Shown piece by piece: positions 10,484 through 20,903 of a DNA stretch of 62,311 nt. Position 1 is the first letter of the stretch. Each line of letters begins with the position of its first letter. The position numbers and the translations under genes are program-made. The stretch comes from an uncultured archaeon. Lineage in GTDB: Archaea > Asgardarchaeota > Lokiarchaeia > Sigyniarchaeales > SOKP01. The notes beneath the pieces were generated by a model. That model was not told the DNA's origin. It ran no database searches and was given only the letters and a program-made list of their open reading frames with translations. Location of the stretch: assembly GCA_964598265.1 (NCBI GenBank), contig CAZRBD010000003.1, positions 1-62,311 on the forward strand. Direction: 5' to 3'.

Positions 10484-11002
10484 TTAAGATTTCATTCCTG
10501 AATTTGCTATTTCTTCTTTGGCAAAATTTACCAGCCCCTTTAATTTAATTATTTTTTGTAGAAAGGCGGGAAATCTGGTAAAAGAATAAGATTGGTTAGA
10601 ACTTAAATTTCTTATAAATCCTTGTTCAAAATCAACATCTAACTTATCTCCCATATTTAAAGCTTTTAAATCAGGAAACTGAAGAATTGGAAGTCCAATA
10701 TTAATCGCGTTTCTGAAAAAAATTCGTGCAAAACTGGGAGTGATAATTAATTCTATTCCCGAAGCTTTCAAAGCGATTGGTGCTTGTTCTCGACTTGATC
10801 CACAACCGAAATTTGAACCTGCTACGAGAATTGTTGCTTGAAGTTCATTTTTTATTTGACGAAACTTTGAGTCAAAATCTTCCATACAATGTTTCGCTAA
10901 ATATTGAGGATCCGAATTTACTAAGTATCGAGCAGGAACTATTAAATCAGTATTAATATTCTCTTGAGGATATTTAATTACTATTCCTTTTATTATTTTC
11001 AC
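10484..11002 (-). CDS. leuD: 3-isopropylmalate dehydratase small subunit
   Basis: Aconitase swivel domain ([26 protein letters not shown]). 172 aa, directly downstream of the large subunit gene. Confidence 0.85.
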   Translation of the reverse strand: MKIIKGIVIKYPQENINTDLIVPARYLVNSDPQYLAKHCMEDFDSKFRQIKNELQATILVAGSNFGCGSSREQAPIALKASGIELIITPSFARIFFRNAINIGLPILQFPDLKALNMGDKLDVDFEQGFIRNLSSNQSYSFTRFPAFLQKIIKLKGLVNFAKEEIANSGMKS

Positions 11003-11023
11003 CTATTATATTGGATTTTTTTC

Positions 11024-12310
11024 TCATATACTTTCTGGAGAGGTAATAAAACCTTTTAGAGCAGAAGACGCAGCAATTGCAGGATTTGACAAATATACTT
11101 CACTCTCCTTATGCCCCATCCTCCCCACGAAATTTCTGTTTGTTGTTGATATCGCTCTTTCACCAGGAGCAAGGACTCCCATATGTCCGCCTAAACATGG
11201 ACCACAAGTAGGTGGAGATATAACCGCTCCTGCTTGAAGAAAAATTTCTATTAAACCTTCCTTAAGGGCATGAATGAGGATATGAGGAGATCCTGGAATG
11301 ATTATACATCTCACTCTAGGGTGGATCTTGTTATTTTTCATTATTCTTGCTGCAATCTGTAAATCTTCCAATCTTCCATTGGTACAAGAACCAATTACCG
11401 CTTGGTCAATTTCAATATGTAAAGCCTGTACTTCAGATATTGGTTTTATATTGCTTGGTGAGTGCGGAAGTGCTATTTGAGGTTCAATCTGAGAACAATC
11501 GATTTCAATGCTGTCATGATAAGTCGCATTATGATCATTTTCATAGGTTCTATAGTTTGAAATTCCTACATTTCTAAGATATTTTTCTGTAATCTTATCG
11601 GGAACAATGAACCCTGTTTTTGCCCCTGCTTCGATTGCCATATTACACATAGTAAAACGGTTTGCCATAGATAAATTATCGATTATTTCTCCTGTAAACT
11701 CCATAACTTTATAGGTTGCACCATCGACACCTATTTGGCCAATTGTATTTAAAATTAAATCTTTACCTGAAACCCATTTATGTAACTGACCTGAGTATAT
11801 GAACCTTATGGTTTCAGGTATTTGAAGCCAACATTTTCCGAGTGCCATTGCCATTCCTAAATCTGTAGACCCAACACCAGTAGAGAATGCTCCTAATGCA
11901 CCATATGTACAAGTATGAGAATCAGCCCCAATAATTATATCACTCGGAGCTACTAAACCTTGTTCGGGAATGAGGCAATGTTCAATTCCTACTCTTCCTA
12001 CCTCAAAATAGTGTGATATGTGATACTTAATTGCAAATTCTCTCAAAATTTTACACTGTTTTGCCGAAGCGATATCCTTATTTGGGGTAAAATGATCTGG
12101 TGTCAGTATAACCTTTTTTGTATCAAAAACACTTCTTTCTGTTCCTTTTATAATTTCTTCGAAAACTTCTATAGCTTTTGGAGCAGTTATATCATTAGCT
12201 AAGCATTTATCAATATTTACTAAAACGAAATCCCCAGCAGAGACATCCTTTCGATCGCAATGATCTCTTAAGATTTTTTCCGCAATTGTTAAATCCATAA
12301 TTTTTGGCAT
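11024..12310 (-). CDS. leuC: 3-isopropylmalate dehydratase large subunit
   Basis: Aconitase family with Fe-S ligand region GSCTNGR and CGPCLG, plus GADSHT. Confidence 0.9.
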   Translation of the reverse strand: MPKIMDLTIAEKILRDHCDRKDVSAGDFVLVNIDKCLANDITAPKAIEVFEEIIKGTERSVFDTKKVILTPDHFTPNKDIASAKQCKILREFAIKYHISHYFEVGRVGIEHCLIPEQGLVAPSDIIIGADSHTCTYGALGAFSTGVGSTDLGMAMALGKCWLQIPETIRFIYSGQLHKWVSGKDLILNTIGQIGVDGATYKVMEFTGEIIDNLSMANRFTMCNMAIEAGAKTGFIVPDKITEKYLRNVGISNYRTYENDHNATYHDSIEIDCSQIEPQIALPHSPSNIKPISEVQALHIEIDQAVIGSCTNGRLEDLQIAARIMKNNKIHPRVRCIIIPGSPHILIHALKEGLIEIFLQAGAVISPPTCGPCLGGHMGVLAPGERAISTTNRNFVGRMGHKESEVYLSNPAIAASSALKGFITSPESI

Positions 12311-12332
12311 TTCATTTTTTATTAAAAATTAA

Positions 12333-13955
12333 TTATTTTGTTGAAAGGCTTTTTTTCTTAACAATTAGATTTAATCCTTTTATAAGAGATAAAACAGAGC
12401 ACATAACAATGTCTTCATGAATCGCACTAGCTTTAACTATTATATTGCTTTCAAGATCCATGATTTCAAGGGTAACATGACCTAAAGCTTCAGTTCCACC
12501 TGTTATTGCATCAATTTGGAAATTTAAAAGTTTAATTTTGCTCATTGGTTCAAAACACTTTACTATTGCTTTACAAGATGCATCTACCGGACCTACTCCT
12601 GTTGCCGATGCTAATTTTTCCATTATATTTCCATTATTTTTTATCTTTAATCGGACTGTTGATGTGGGTGTAATTGATCCCGTCAAAACAGTTAACTCTT
12701 CAAGCTCTACATATAGTTCTTCTTTTGGTAGTTCACCCAAAACATCTTTTACAATAGCTAAAAAATCCTCTTCGGAAACCTCATGACCTTTATCACCAAA
12801 TCTCTTTATATACTTCATTATTTTCATTATTTGTTCATCATTAGGGCTTACTCCTAAATCATTAATTTTAGCCCTAAGAGCGTGGGCTCCAGTATGTTTT
12901 CCAAGTTTTATGGACTGTTTGATTATTGCTTCCACATCGTCAGAACGGTGAATTCCTATTAATTCGGGTGTAATGGGTTCATAAGTGCGTGCATGTTGAA
13001 TCATCGCATGAGCATGAATACCTGATTCATGAGCAAACGCATTCTGACCTATAAGAGGTGTTAATCGTCCGATTTTAATTTTTCCGCCACAATAACTTTC
13101 AACTAATTTAGCTGTAGGAAATATTTTTTTCGTCTTAATATTCATAGGCATTTGATATAATGCATAAAGAGACATAGCTGTCTCTTCAAAAGATGCATTT
13201 CCTGCCCGTTCACCCAAGCCTAAAATTGTTGTTTGAGCTTCTGAAGCACCATTTTCAAAACCAGCAATCGTATTTGCAACAGCTAGACCAAAATCATTAT
13301 GACAATGGACAGCTATGCGTATATTTTTGGGTAAAGCGTCATAATTCTTTTTTATAATATGTCCAAAAGCCATTGGAGAAATTGTTCCTACAGTATCAGG
13401 TATATTTATTCGAGTAGCTCCATTTTTTACAGCAGTTAGGTTAGCTTTAATTAAAAATTCTAAATCTGACCGGGTTGCATCCTCAGCTGAAAATAGTATT
13501 GTAGAGTAATGTTCTTTAGCATAAGAAACCGTCTCTCTTATTCTTTCTATCACCTCGTCTTTAGTTAAATGGAGTTTTTCTCTCATATGGAGTTCCGAGG
13601 TTGCAATAAATAAATGTATACTATCCATATCTGCCTCTATAACTTTGTCTATATCGATTTTCTTTGTTCTAGCTAAACCTATCACTTCAGAATCTAACCC
13701 CATTTTTGCAATATCTCTACAAGCTTCAAAATCACCTTGAGAAATTACAGGAAAACCGGCTTCTATAATATCAATCCCTAATTCATTAAGAGCTTGAGCA
13801 ATAGATAACTTTTCTTTGTGAGTAAAACTAATACCTGGAGTTTGTTCTCCATCACGGAGTGTTGTATCGAAAAAATAAGCTCTCTCAGGAAGATTAAGTG
13901 AACCTCTAATTTTTTCCATAATATCGGAAACAAGAATCGCATTTTTTCTAATCAT
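12333..13955 (-). CDS. leuA: 2-isopropylmalate synthase / (R)-citramalate synthase family enzyme with C-terminal regulatory domain
   Basis: HMGL-like TIM barrel (FDTTLRDGEQTPG, HCHNDFGLAVANT) plus a LeuA-dimer-type C-terminal domain. The real start could be the internal Met at 13919. Sequence alone cannot separate LeuA from CimA specificity. Confidence 0.85.
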   Translation of the reverse strand: MIRKNAILVSDIMEKIRGSLNLPERAYFFDTTLRDGEQTPGISFTHKEKLSIAQALNELGIDIIEAGFPVISQGDFEACRDIAKMGLDSEVIGLARTKKIDIDKVIEADMDSIHLFIATSELHMREKLHLTKDEVIERIRETVSYAKEHYSTILFSAEDATRSDLEFLIKANLTAVKNGATRINIPDTVGTISPMAFGHIIKKNYDALPKNIRIAVHCHNDFGLAVANTIAGFENGASEAQTTILGLGERAGNASFEETAMSLYALYQMPMNIKTKKIFPTAKLVESYCGGKIKIGRLTPLIGQNAFAHESGIHAHAMIQHARTYEPITPELIGIHRSDDVEAIIKQSIKLGKHTGAHALRAKINDLGVSPNDEQIMKIMKYIKRFGDKGHEVSEEDFLAIVKDVLGELPKEELYVELEELTVLTGSITPTSTVRLKIKNNGNIMEKLASATGVGPVDASCKAIVKCFEPMSKIKLLNFQIDAITGGTEALGHVTLEIMDLESNIIVKASAIHEDIVMCSVLSLIKGLNLIVKKKSLSTK

Positions 13956-14453
13956 CTTTTTAACCTTTTACGAATTCATTTAGAATATATAGCCCTTCCA
14001 CTCTTTCAAAAAGAAAATACTCTCCTAGAAAGAAAGAGGGCACTCTATAATAATAAGAGTAATAATAATTTCATCAATTCTAAAGGAGATACGAACCTTA
14101 AGCTCATTTTATTATTAGGAATAAACAAACTCTGAGTATCTTTCATTCTTTGTAATCCTTTTAGAATTGTTAATTATAAAAAGTAGATTGAATATAAACT
14201 TATAAATGTTTCTTTGACTTAAATTACACTCTTAGTAGAAAAAGTTTGAAATTCTTTTGAATAAATTTCCATGGTTTTAGTCCAAGAAATTCAGGAATAA
14301 CTTATAGATATTTAATTTATTCAGATTTGTCAGTGAGACAAAAATCAACATCTCATCCCTATTTATATCTCCCAAAAATACATTTAAATTTTGGTGTTTA
14401 TAATGTAATATAATTCAAAATTTTTTAAAACATGAAAATGATGTGCAAAAATT

Positions 14454-14960
14454 ATGGGAAAAGGTAATGGTCTAGCAATAGTGGCTATAATAATTGCAAT
14501 AGGTGGATGTGGGATTGGAGTCTATTCAGTAGTTATTCTACCAGGTACAATTATAGAGCAGACTACTAACAATTCTGAAATTATGCAAATCTGGACTGCT
14601 GAACAACCCGCTATCTATTATACATCCTCAAGTTATGAGGAAGTTCCAGACATGGACGTAACTATAAACGTGAATACAGGAGAAAGTGTTTTAATATTAT
14701 TCAATTGTGAATTTACAGCTAACGTTGGAATTCTTATAGGTGGGATACGCCTCATGATAGATAATGTCGAAATACTAAACTCTCGGAGAGAATTTAATAT
14801 AGAAACTTCTGGTGGAGTTCTTATGGGGTATAGCATAACTGCAAACGTGTTAATCGATAACTTAGTAACTGGTGTGTATGAAATAGAAGTGCAAGCTTTT
14901 GGCGCTGGTACAAATGATAGAATCGATGAAGGATTAATGGTGATCTACACTTTTAAATAA
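14454..14960 (+). CDS. hypothetical N-terminally anchored extracellular protein
   Basis: N-terminal hydrophobic helix (LAIVAIIIAIGGCGIGVYSVVIL) followed by a beta-rich 130-aa body. Convergent with the UvrA-like operon. Confidence 0.5.
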   Translation: MGKGNGLAIVAIIIAIGGCGIGVYSVVILPGTIIEQTTNNSEIMQIWTAEQPAIYYTSSSYEEVPDMDVTINVNTGESVLILFNCEFTANVGILIGGIRLMIDNVEILNSRREFNIETSGGVLMGYSITANVLIDNLVTGVYEIEVQAFGAGTNDRIDEGLMVIYTFK

Positions 14961-14978
14961 TTCTTTTTTATTTTTTTT
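14961..14978 (+). terminator. oligo-T tract after 14454-14960
   Basis: ttcttttttattttttttaa lies immediately after the stop codon. Archaeal termination commonly uses T-runs. Confidence 0.4.
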
Positions 14979-14983
14979 AATAA

Positions 14984-16018
14984 TCAAAATCGTTTAATTT
15001 TCTTAGGATATGATCTAAAAGGAGTAATAGGTTCTAAACTTATCCAGTCTTCTTGAGTTTCTAATTTAGAGAGTGAACGTAAAAGATCAAAAGTCAACCA
15101 TCGAGTAGCTTGTGGATGGTTTATATATTCCCATAAACTGTAAGGTCCTTGTTCAGCTTTAATAAATTCTACAAACTCCGCAATTCTACTATCCTTAACA
15201 CTTGCTTCAACTCTCCAACATAAATTAAGGATATGCGCAATGTCAAATTTGGCCATATAGGTGATTCTTCCAATTGACTTCTCTAAACCAATTAGTCTAG
15301 CAATTAAAAAACCAAGGTTTGTCCTTAATTTCATATCAGTTCCTAAAATTAAATCAAGTGCTCGTTTAGCTTCTTCACTTATCCTTCTTTTAGGATGATG
15401 CGCCAAGCAAGTCAATACAGCTGTAGTATTCGAACGGCAACCCCATCGAGAATGAGCTAGGCGACGATACCCCGCAATCCCTCCATAATTTTCCGATGCA
15501 ATACCTACTGGCCACGCCCCATCATCTAAACGTTTACTTATCAACCATTCATAAGCTTGTTCTGCTCTTTTATCCTCCGCATACCCACACATTACTAATC
15601 CTAATAATGGAATTGCAGTTTGAATTGGCATCATTTGATATCCCTTTTCTTCATCAACCAATTGATTTTTACCTGGCATAAGCCATGAGCCATCTTCTTG
15701 CTGCCGTGAAAATATGAATTCTGCACCTTTTTGAATGAATGTTTTTTTTAGATCAAAACCTAAATATCCCAATCTTTGTAATGCCATTGAAGTAATTTGA
15801 ATATTATCTCCAACAGCAATGCGACTAAGGCTAAAAGAATCCCAAGCACCACTCGATTTTTGGAGTTTAATTAATTCCGTAATTAATGGATCTTCTTCAC
15901 GGAGTTTTAATAATTCCTTAACTTCAGGATCCTCATCTGATCTCTTAAGTAAATCTTTCAATACTAAATACCTCAAACACGGAGATGGATCTGAAAGTAA
16001 TAGTGGTATCCAAGTCAT
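14984..16018 (-). CDS. QW-repeat alpha/alpha-toroid protein (prenyltransferase / terpene-cyclase-like repeats)
   Basis: Spaced motifs QKSSGAWD, QQEDGSW, RLDDGAW and EQGPYSLW are typical of prenyltransferase/squalene-oxidase repeats. Its ATG overlaps the stop of the upstream 1623-aa gene (ATGA at 16015-16018). Confidence 0.55.
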   Translation of the reverse strand: MTWIPLLLSDPSPCLRYLVLKDLLKRSDEDPEVKELLKLREEDPLITELIKLQKSSGAWDSFSLSRIAVGDNIQITSMALQRLGYLGFDLKKTFIQKGAEFIFSRQQEDGSWLMPGKNQLVDEEKGYQMMPIQTAIPLLGLVMCGYAEDKRAEQAYEWLISKRLDDGAWPVGIASENYGGIAGYRRLAHSRWGCRSNTTAVLTCLAHHPKRRISEEAKRALDLILGTDMKLRTNLGFLIARLIGLEKSIGRITYMAKFDIAHILNLCWRVEASVKDSRIAEFVEFIKAEQGPYSLWEYINHPQATRWLTFDLLRSLSKLETQEDWISLEPITPFRSYPKKIKRF

Positions 16019-19000
16019 GAGATTTCCTCCAAAATATTTTTGATATAAGGAGCAGTTGGAGTGTTTCCTTTTGCTAGCGTCTCTGGTGTCCCGTGTGCTA
16101 TAAGTTTACCCCCATTTGGCCCTGCTCCGGGTCCTAATTCAATTAACCAATCGCAAGACACTAATAGATGAGGATGATGCTCGATAACTATGACAGTATG
16201 TCCATTTTGCACTAGTAATTGCAGAACGTTAACCAACTGTGAAATATCCTCTAAATGTTGTCCGATTGTAGGTTCATCTAAGATGTAAAGCGTTTTTTTT
16301 ATTGATTTTTTACTTAATTCTTTAACGATCTTTAGCCTTTGTGCTTCACCACCCGAAAGTGTGTGAGCGGGTTGATTTAATTGTAGATAACCCAACCCTA
16401 CATCCTGAGTGAATTTTAATTTTGATATAATATTATCGTGTCCATCGAATAATTCAAAAGCCTCATCAATGGTAAGATTATTTACTTCTGGTAAAGTAAT
16501 GTCATTGTATCTAATCTGCCACGCTTCAACTTGAAAACCTGATCCTTTGCATACTTCACATGTTTCCACAATATCAGGTAAGAATTTCATGTCTACTTTG
16601 ATAATTCCACGCCCTTTACAAACTGTGCATCTTTTAGCAAGATTTTTTTCACTTAAACCCAATACCTTTGCATCCTCTGATTCTGCAAATAATTTTAAAA
16701 TCGGGCGTTCTAAATCTAGGAATTTTAATGGGTTTCCGAGTTTCGCCTTTGCTTGATCAATGACAATTGTTTGAGGTAAAGCTCCTTCAATGCTATCATG
16801 TTCACCTGGATCCATTGGCTCTCTCGCTACAGAGGTAGTGTGCTTTATAGGGACGAGAGCCCTTGCTAATGTGTCAATTAATAATGTACTCTTACCAGAA
16901 CCAGATACTCCACATAATCCTACTAATAAACCAAGTGGAATTTCGATTAAATCCCCTTTAAGATTATTAGCTGTTGCACCATAAATCTTAAGCCAATTTT
17001 TGGGTTTCCGACGTGGTGTTTTTACTAAAATTCTCTTTTTCTTATTCAACCAGTCAGCTGTAATAGTTTTTGTTTCCTTTATTTTATTAAGAGAACCTTC
17101 AGCTACGATTTTACCTCCATGAACTCCCGCACCAGGCCCCATATCCATAATATAATCTGCGTTTTCGATAAACATTGGATCATGCTCAATGGTAATTACT
17201 GTATTTCCTTTATCTCTTAAATTTAGCAATACATCGAGCAGAGCTTGAAGCTCTGATGGGTGCAAACCTCTCGAAGGTTCGTCCAATAACACAGTGAGAG
17301 ATGTGAGATCACTTCCAAGCAATCCTGCTAACTTAACGCGTTGAGCCTCTCCTGCTGAAAGGCTTTCAGCAACCCTGTTAAGATTTAAATATCCCAACCC
17401 CGTTTGAATTAAAAATTCTAAACGGGAAATTATTATTTTAAAGCTATTCTTAACGAATTCATACGTAATATTATCTAAAGATTGTCTTTTTAAAATTTTA
17501 TGGAGTTTTATTAAAGGAAGCTCGGATAATTGGTGAATATTAAATCCAAATAAACTAATTGCAAGATATTGAGGACGTAATTTAGTCCCATTACATTCTT
17601 CGCACGGCTCATTATCCGTATAGGTTCCTCCTACATCCCAATCCCTTAACCATTGTTCGTAAAAACCTTTAAATAAAAGAATTTTTTTATATCTCTGTCC
17701 CTTTCTGTTTTCAATTTCTACTGTTAAAGGTTTTTCATCCCCATATAAGAAAGCATTTTTAGCATCTTCTGACATTTCATTCCAAGGAGTTTCAAATCTA
17801 TCAAAACCATAACGATCTGCAATTGCTTGAATAAGATAATACCCGACATTATAAGGCTTACATAAGTATCCCTTTGGAAAAAAACCAGGGGAATACATTG
17901 CTCCTCCACAAAGTGGTTTGTCAGGATGAACAATAAGTTTATTTGGGCTAGGAATTTGAAGGGATCCTACTCCATGACACTTTAAACATGCGGCAGAATA
18001 ATTAGAAGTGATAAAATGTTTAGGTTTTGGAATTGGGATTAATATATTACACTTAATGCAATAAAAGTCTTCCATTCTCTCCATCCAATGATTACAATTA
18101 GGACACATAAGTTCTCCCATATAGGATAAGAGATTTGCTAAATGGAGACTTATATCAGTGACTCTCCCAATTGTATAGCGTACATTAAAAAACCATCCAT
18201 GAACTATCTTTTCTGGTGTAATTAGAGTGGTTATACCAAGGCCGTTGATATTTTCAACTTGTGCTTCGGACGTTTCCTTCGTGCCTTGTCTCTCATACAT
18301 AGATAATGTTTCTAAATATCGGCGTCGGGCTTCCGCTTCTATTGTGTCCATAATTAAGCTCGATTTTCCAGATCCCGATATTCCAGTGACAACGGTGAAT
18401 ACTCTTTTAGGGATTTTAACATTTATATTTTTTAAGTTGTGTATATGAGCGTTTTGAATAACAATTTCTGCCGAAGATGTTTTTCTTTTTATTCTATCTT
18501 TTGTTAATGGTACTATGGACTGTTCCTCCCATAATGCTCTTCCCGTTAAAGAGTCTTTTGCCTTCATCAATCCTTCTAGTGGACCCTCATATACCAAATT
18601 TCCTCCTTTGGGACCAGACCCCGGACCTAAATCTATTATCCAATCCGCAGCTTTTATAACATCAATGTTATGCTCTACAACAACGATTGTAGCTCCTATT
18701 TTTATAAGTTTATCTAATACTGTTAAAAGCCCTGCTAAATCTTGTGGATGAAGACCTGTTGAGGGTTCATCGAGAATGACTAGTTGATTTTTCAATGTAT
18801 CTCTTCCAAGATATTTTGATAATTTTACTCTCTGAGCTTCACCGCCAGAAAGTGTAGGAGATGGCTGTCCTAGAGATAAGTAACCTAAACCAAGCTCGTT
18901 CATTGCTTTAAGCATGCGCTTCGCTGCTGTAAGTTCTCTTTCTGATAAACGATTTTCCTTTTCAAATAATTTTATAATTTCAGAAATTGGTAGATTATAA

Positions 19001-20886
19001 AATTCTGCAATATTGTATTCTTTTTCTCCAAATTTTACATACTCTGATAAAATTTCTTCACAGAAACGTTTTCCATCGCAATCAGAGCAAATAATCCAAT
19101 TGGAAGGTAAATAACGCATCTTTATTTCAAGTGCGCCCATCCCATTACATGTTTCACAAGCACCTTCGGTAGTATTAAATGAATAAAATGTGGGTTTAAA
19201 CCTAGTTGACTTCCCAAATAATTTTCGGATGCTATCTGCAATTTTTGTATAAGTCGCGGGATTAGATCTTGGATTTTTACCAATAGGATCTTGATTTACC
19301 AGTATGGGCTTAATATTAGGATATTCAAGTGCTTTACATCCAATAGACTTTTTTCTCTTGAGGGATTCAAATAATACATCTTCTATTAATGTACTTTTCC
19401 CCGATCCCGATACTCCAGTTACAATCGTTAGCCTATTTAAGGGTAATTTCACGTTAATGTTTTTTAAATTATGCATTGTAGCACCCTTAATTTCGAGAAA
19501 GGTTTTTGATTCAGAACGTCGTTTTGGGATTGGTACTTGTTTCCTCAAGCTAAAATATAACCCTGAAGGGGTATCTACTTTCCATAATTCAGCAGGAGTC
19601 CCAGTAAATATAATTTCACCACCTTCATTCCCTGCTCCAGGACCCATATCAATCACATAATCTGCTGATATGGCTGCTTGCCGGTCATGCTCAATATAAA
19701 TTACAGGACCTGCAAGTTTCTGGAAAAGTGGTATTAATCTTGCGACATCAGCAGGATGTTGACCAATTGTCGGTTCATCAAGAATGTGGGTCACATCCTC
19801 CAGTTCACTCAATATTGCAATAGCTAATCTAACTCTTTGAGACTCTCCTCGAGATAAGGTAGGAGAAACTCTGTCTAAAGTCAAGTACTCTAAACCCACG
19901 GTGTGCAATGCCATTAGTCGTTTTTTTATTTCTTGTAATAATCGATCAGAAATCGGTATATCCTCTCTAGAAAAATGAAAGACAAGATCTCCTACTGATT
20001 TTGTTAATATCTTGGGAAATAATAATCCTTCCCAAGTAACATTGGATGCTAAAGGATGATATCCTGTCTCATTGCAATTCCTACATCCTTTTCCCTTACA
20101 GTGTGGGCATGTTCGCGTAAAATGTTTAGGATCAAGATCTCCGAACCATGTCCCACATTCAACACAAGCAGGAATTCGAGAAATGAGGATTGATTTTGTT
20201 ATACTTTCAATTAATAAGGAGCCTGCACCTATTCCAGAGATGTTCTGAACAATTTCTCGAATATCATTAATTGAACTGCTTGAATCTGCTTGTCCTATTT
20301 TAATTTGAATGTCATGAGGTTCATTGGGATCTAATCTATCCGTTAATGGATTTCCATCCACTTTTAGTGCTTCAACACTAAATTCCTTCTTTAAAAGCTC
20401 AAGAAGGGTTTGATGACTTCCCTTAACATTCTTAACTAGAAGAGCTGAGATTTTTAAGGATTCCGTTTTTATCAGACCATATATTTTGGCGACAATCTCA
20501 TCTTCTTTTAACACAGACAAGTAAGCACCACATACGTGACATTTTCGATCTCCAAATCTAGCATATAAAAGTTTCAATAAAGGAAGAAGTCCCGTCGCAG
20601 ATGCTACAATGGAATTAGGATTACGATTGAGAAGGTTTTGACCTAGTGCTATCGTAGGTCCTAATCCTGAAATGGAGTCTACTTTTGCGGGATTTAAATT
20701 TATCTGGTCTTTATTAACTGAAAATACCTCTAAGAAACGCCGACGAGCTTCTTTATATAATATGTCAAAAATAAGTGATGTCTTTCCTGACCCAGAAACT
20801 CCAGTCACCACCGTGAGTCCATCTCTAATGTTCACGTCGACTGCCTTCAAATTGTGTTCCCGAGCCCCTCGAATCTTGATTTCCAT
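16015..20886 (-). CDS. tandem-fused double UvrA-like protein (four ABC ATPase domains, 1623 aa)
   Basis: Four Walker A motifs (GVSGSGKTSL, GVSGSGKSTL, GISGSGKSSL, GVSGSGKSTL). Four ABC signatures (LSRGESQRVRL, LSGGEAQRVKL, LSAGEAQRVKL, LSGGEAQRLKI). Four Walker B motifs (ILDEPT, ILDEPS, LLDEPS, ILDEPT). UvrA-type Cys4 modules are present (CHVCG, CVECG..CPHCKGKG, CETCNGMG..CSDCDGKR, CPNCN..CIKCN, CLKCHGVG, CEECNGTK, CTVCKGRG..CEVCKGSG). Both halves open with the UvrA N-terminus pattern I(R/Q)xAxxHNLKxxxVxI. Confidence 0.85.
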   Translation of the reverse strand: MEIKIRGAREHNLKAVDVNIRDGLTVVTGVSGSGKTSLIFDILYKEARRRFLEVFSVNKDQINLNPAKVDSISGLGPTIALGQNLLNRNPNSIVASATGLLPLLKLLYARFGDRKCHVCGAYLSVLKEDEIVAKIYGLIKTESLKISALLVKNVKGSHQTLLELLKKEFSVEALKVDGNPLTDRLDPNEPHDIQIKIGQADSSSSINDIREIVQNISGIGAGSLLIESITKSILISRIPACVECGTWFGDLDPKHFTRTCPHCKGKGCRNCNETGYHPLASNVTWEGLLFPKILTKSVGDLVFHFSREDIPISDRLLQEIKKRLMALHTVGLEYLTLDRVSPTLSRGESQRVRLAIAILSELEDVTHILDEPTIGQHPADVARLIPLFQKLAGPVIYIEHDRQAAISADYVIDMGPGAGNEGGEIIFTGTPAELWKVDTPSGLYFSLRKQVPIPKRRSESKTFLEIKGATMHNLKNINVKLPLNRLTIVTGVSGSGKSTLIEDVLFESLKRKKSIGCKALEYPNIKPILVNQDPIGKNPRSNPATYTKIADSIRKLFGKSTRFKPTFYSFNTTEGACETCNGMGALEIKMRYLPSNWIICSDCDGKRFCEEILSEYVKFGEKEYNIAEFYNLPISEIIKLFEKENRLSERELTAAKRMLKAMNELGLGYLSLGQPSPTLSGGEAQRVKLSKYLGRDTLKNQLVILDEPSTGLHPQDLAGLLTVLDKLIKIGATIVVVEHNIDVIKAADWIIDLGPGSGPKGGNLVYEGPLEGLMKAKDSLTGRALWEEQSIVPLTKDRIKRKTSSAEIVIQNAHIHNLKNINVKIPKRVFTVVTGISGSGKSSLIMDTIEAEARRRYLETLSMYERQGTKETSEAQVENINGLGITTLITPEKIVHGWFFNVRYTIGRVTDISLHLANLLSYMGELMCPNCNHWMERMEDFYCIKCNILIPIPKPKHFITSNYSAACLKCHGVGSLQIPSPNKLIVHPDKPLCGGAMYSPGFFPKGYLCKPYNVGYYLIQAIADRYGFDRFETPWNEMSEDAKNAFLYGDEKPLTVEIENRKGQRYKKILLFKGFYEQWLRDWDVGGTYTDNEPCEECNGTKLRPQYLAISLFGFNIHQLSELPLIKLHKILKRQSLDNITYEFVKNSFKIIISRLEFLIQTGLGYLNLNRVAESLSAGEAQRVKLAGLLGSDLTSLTVLLDEPSRGLHPSELQALLDVLLNLRDKGNTVITIEHDPMFIENADYIMDMGPGAGVHGGKIVAEGSLNKIKETKTITADWLNKKKRILVKTPRRKPKNWLKIYGATANNLKGDLIEIPLGLLVGLCGVSGSGKSTLLIDTLARALVPIKHTTSVAREPMDPGEHDSIEGALPQTIVIDQAKAKLGNPLKFLDLERPILKLFAESEDAKVLGLSEKNLAKRCTVCKGRGIIKVDMKFLPDIVETCEVCKGSGFQVEAWQIRYNDITLPEVNNLTIDEAFELFDGHDNIISKLKFTQDVGLGYLQLNQPAHTLSGGEAQRLKIVKELSKKSIKKTLYILDEPTIGQHLEDISQLVNVLQLLVQNGHTVIVIEHHPHLLVSCDWLIELGPGAGPNGGKLIAHGTPETLAKGNTPTAPYIKNILEEIS

Positions 20887-20903
20887 TTTCTTTAAACAGT
20901 TAT

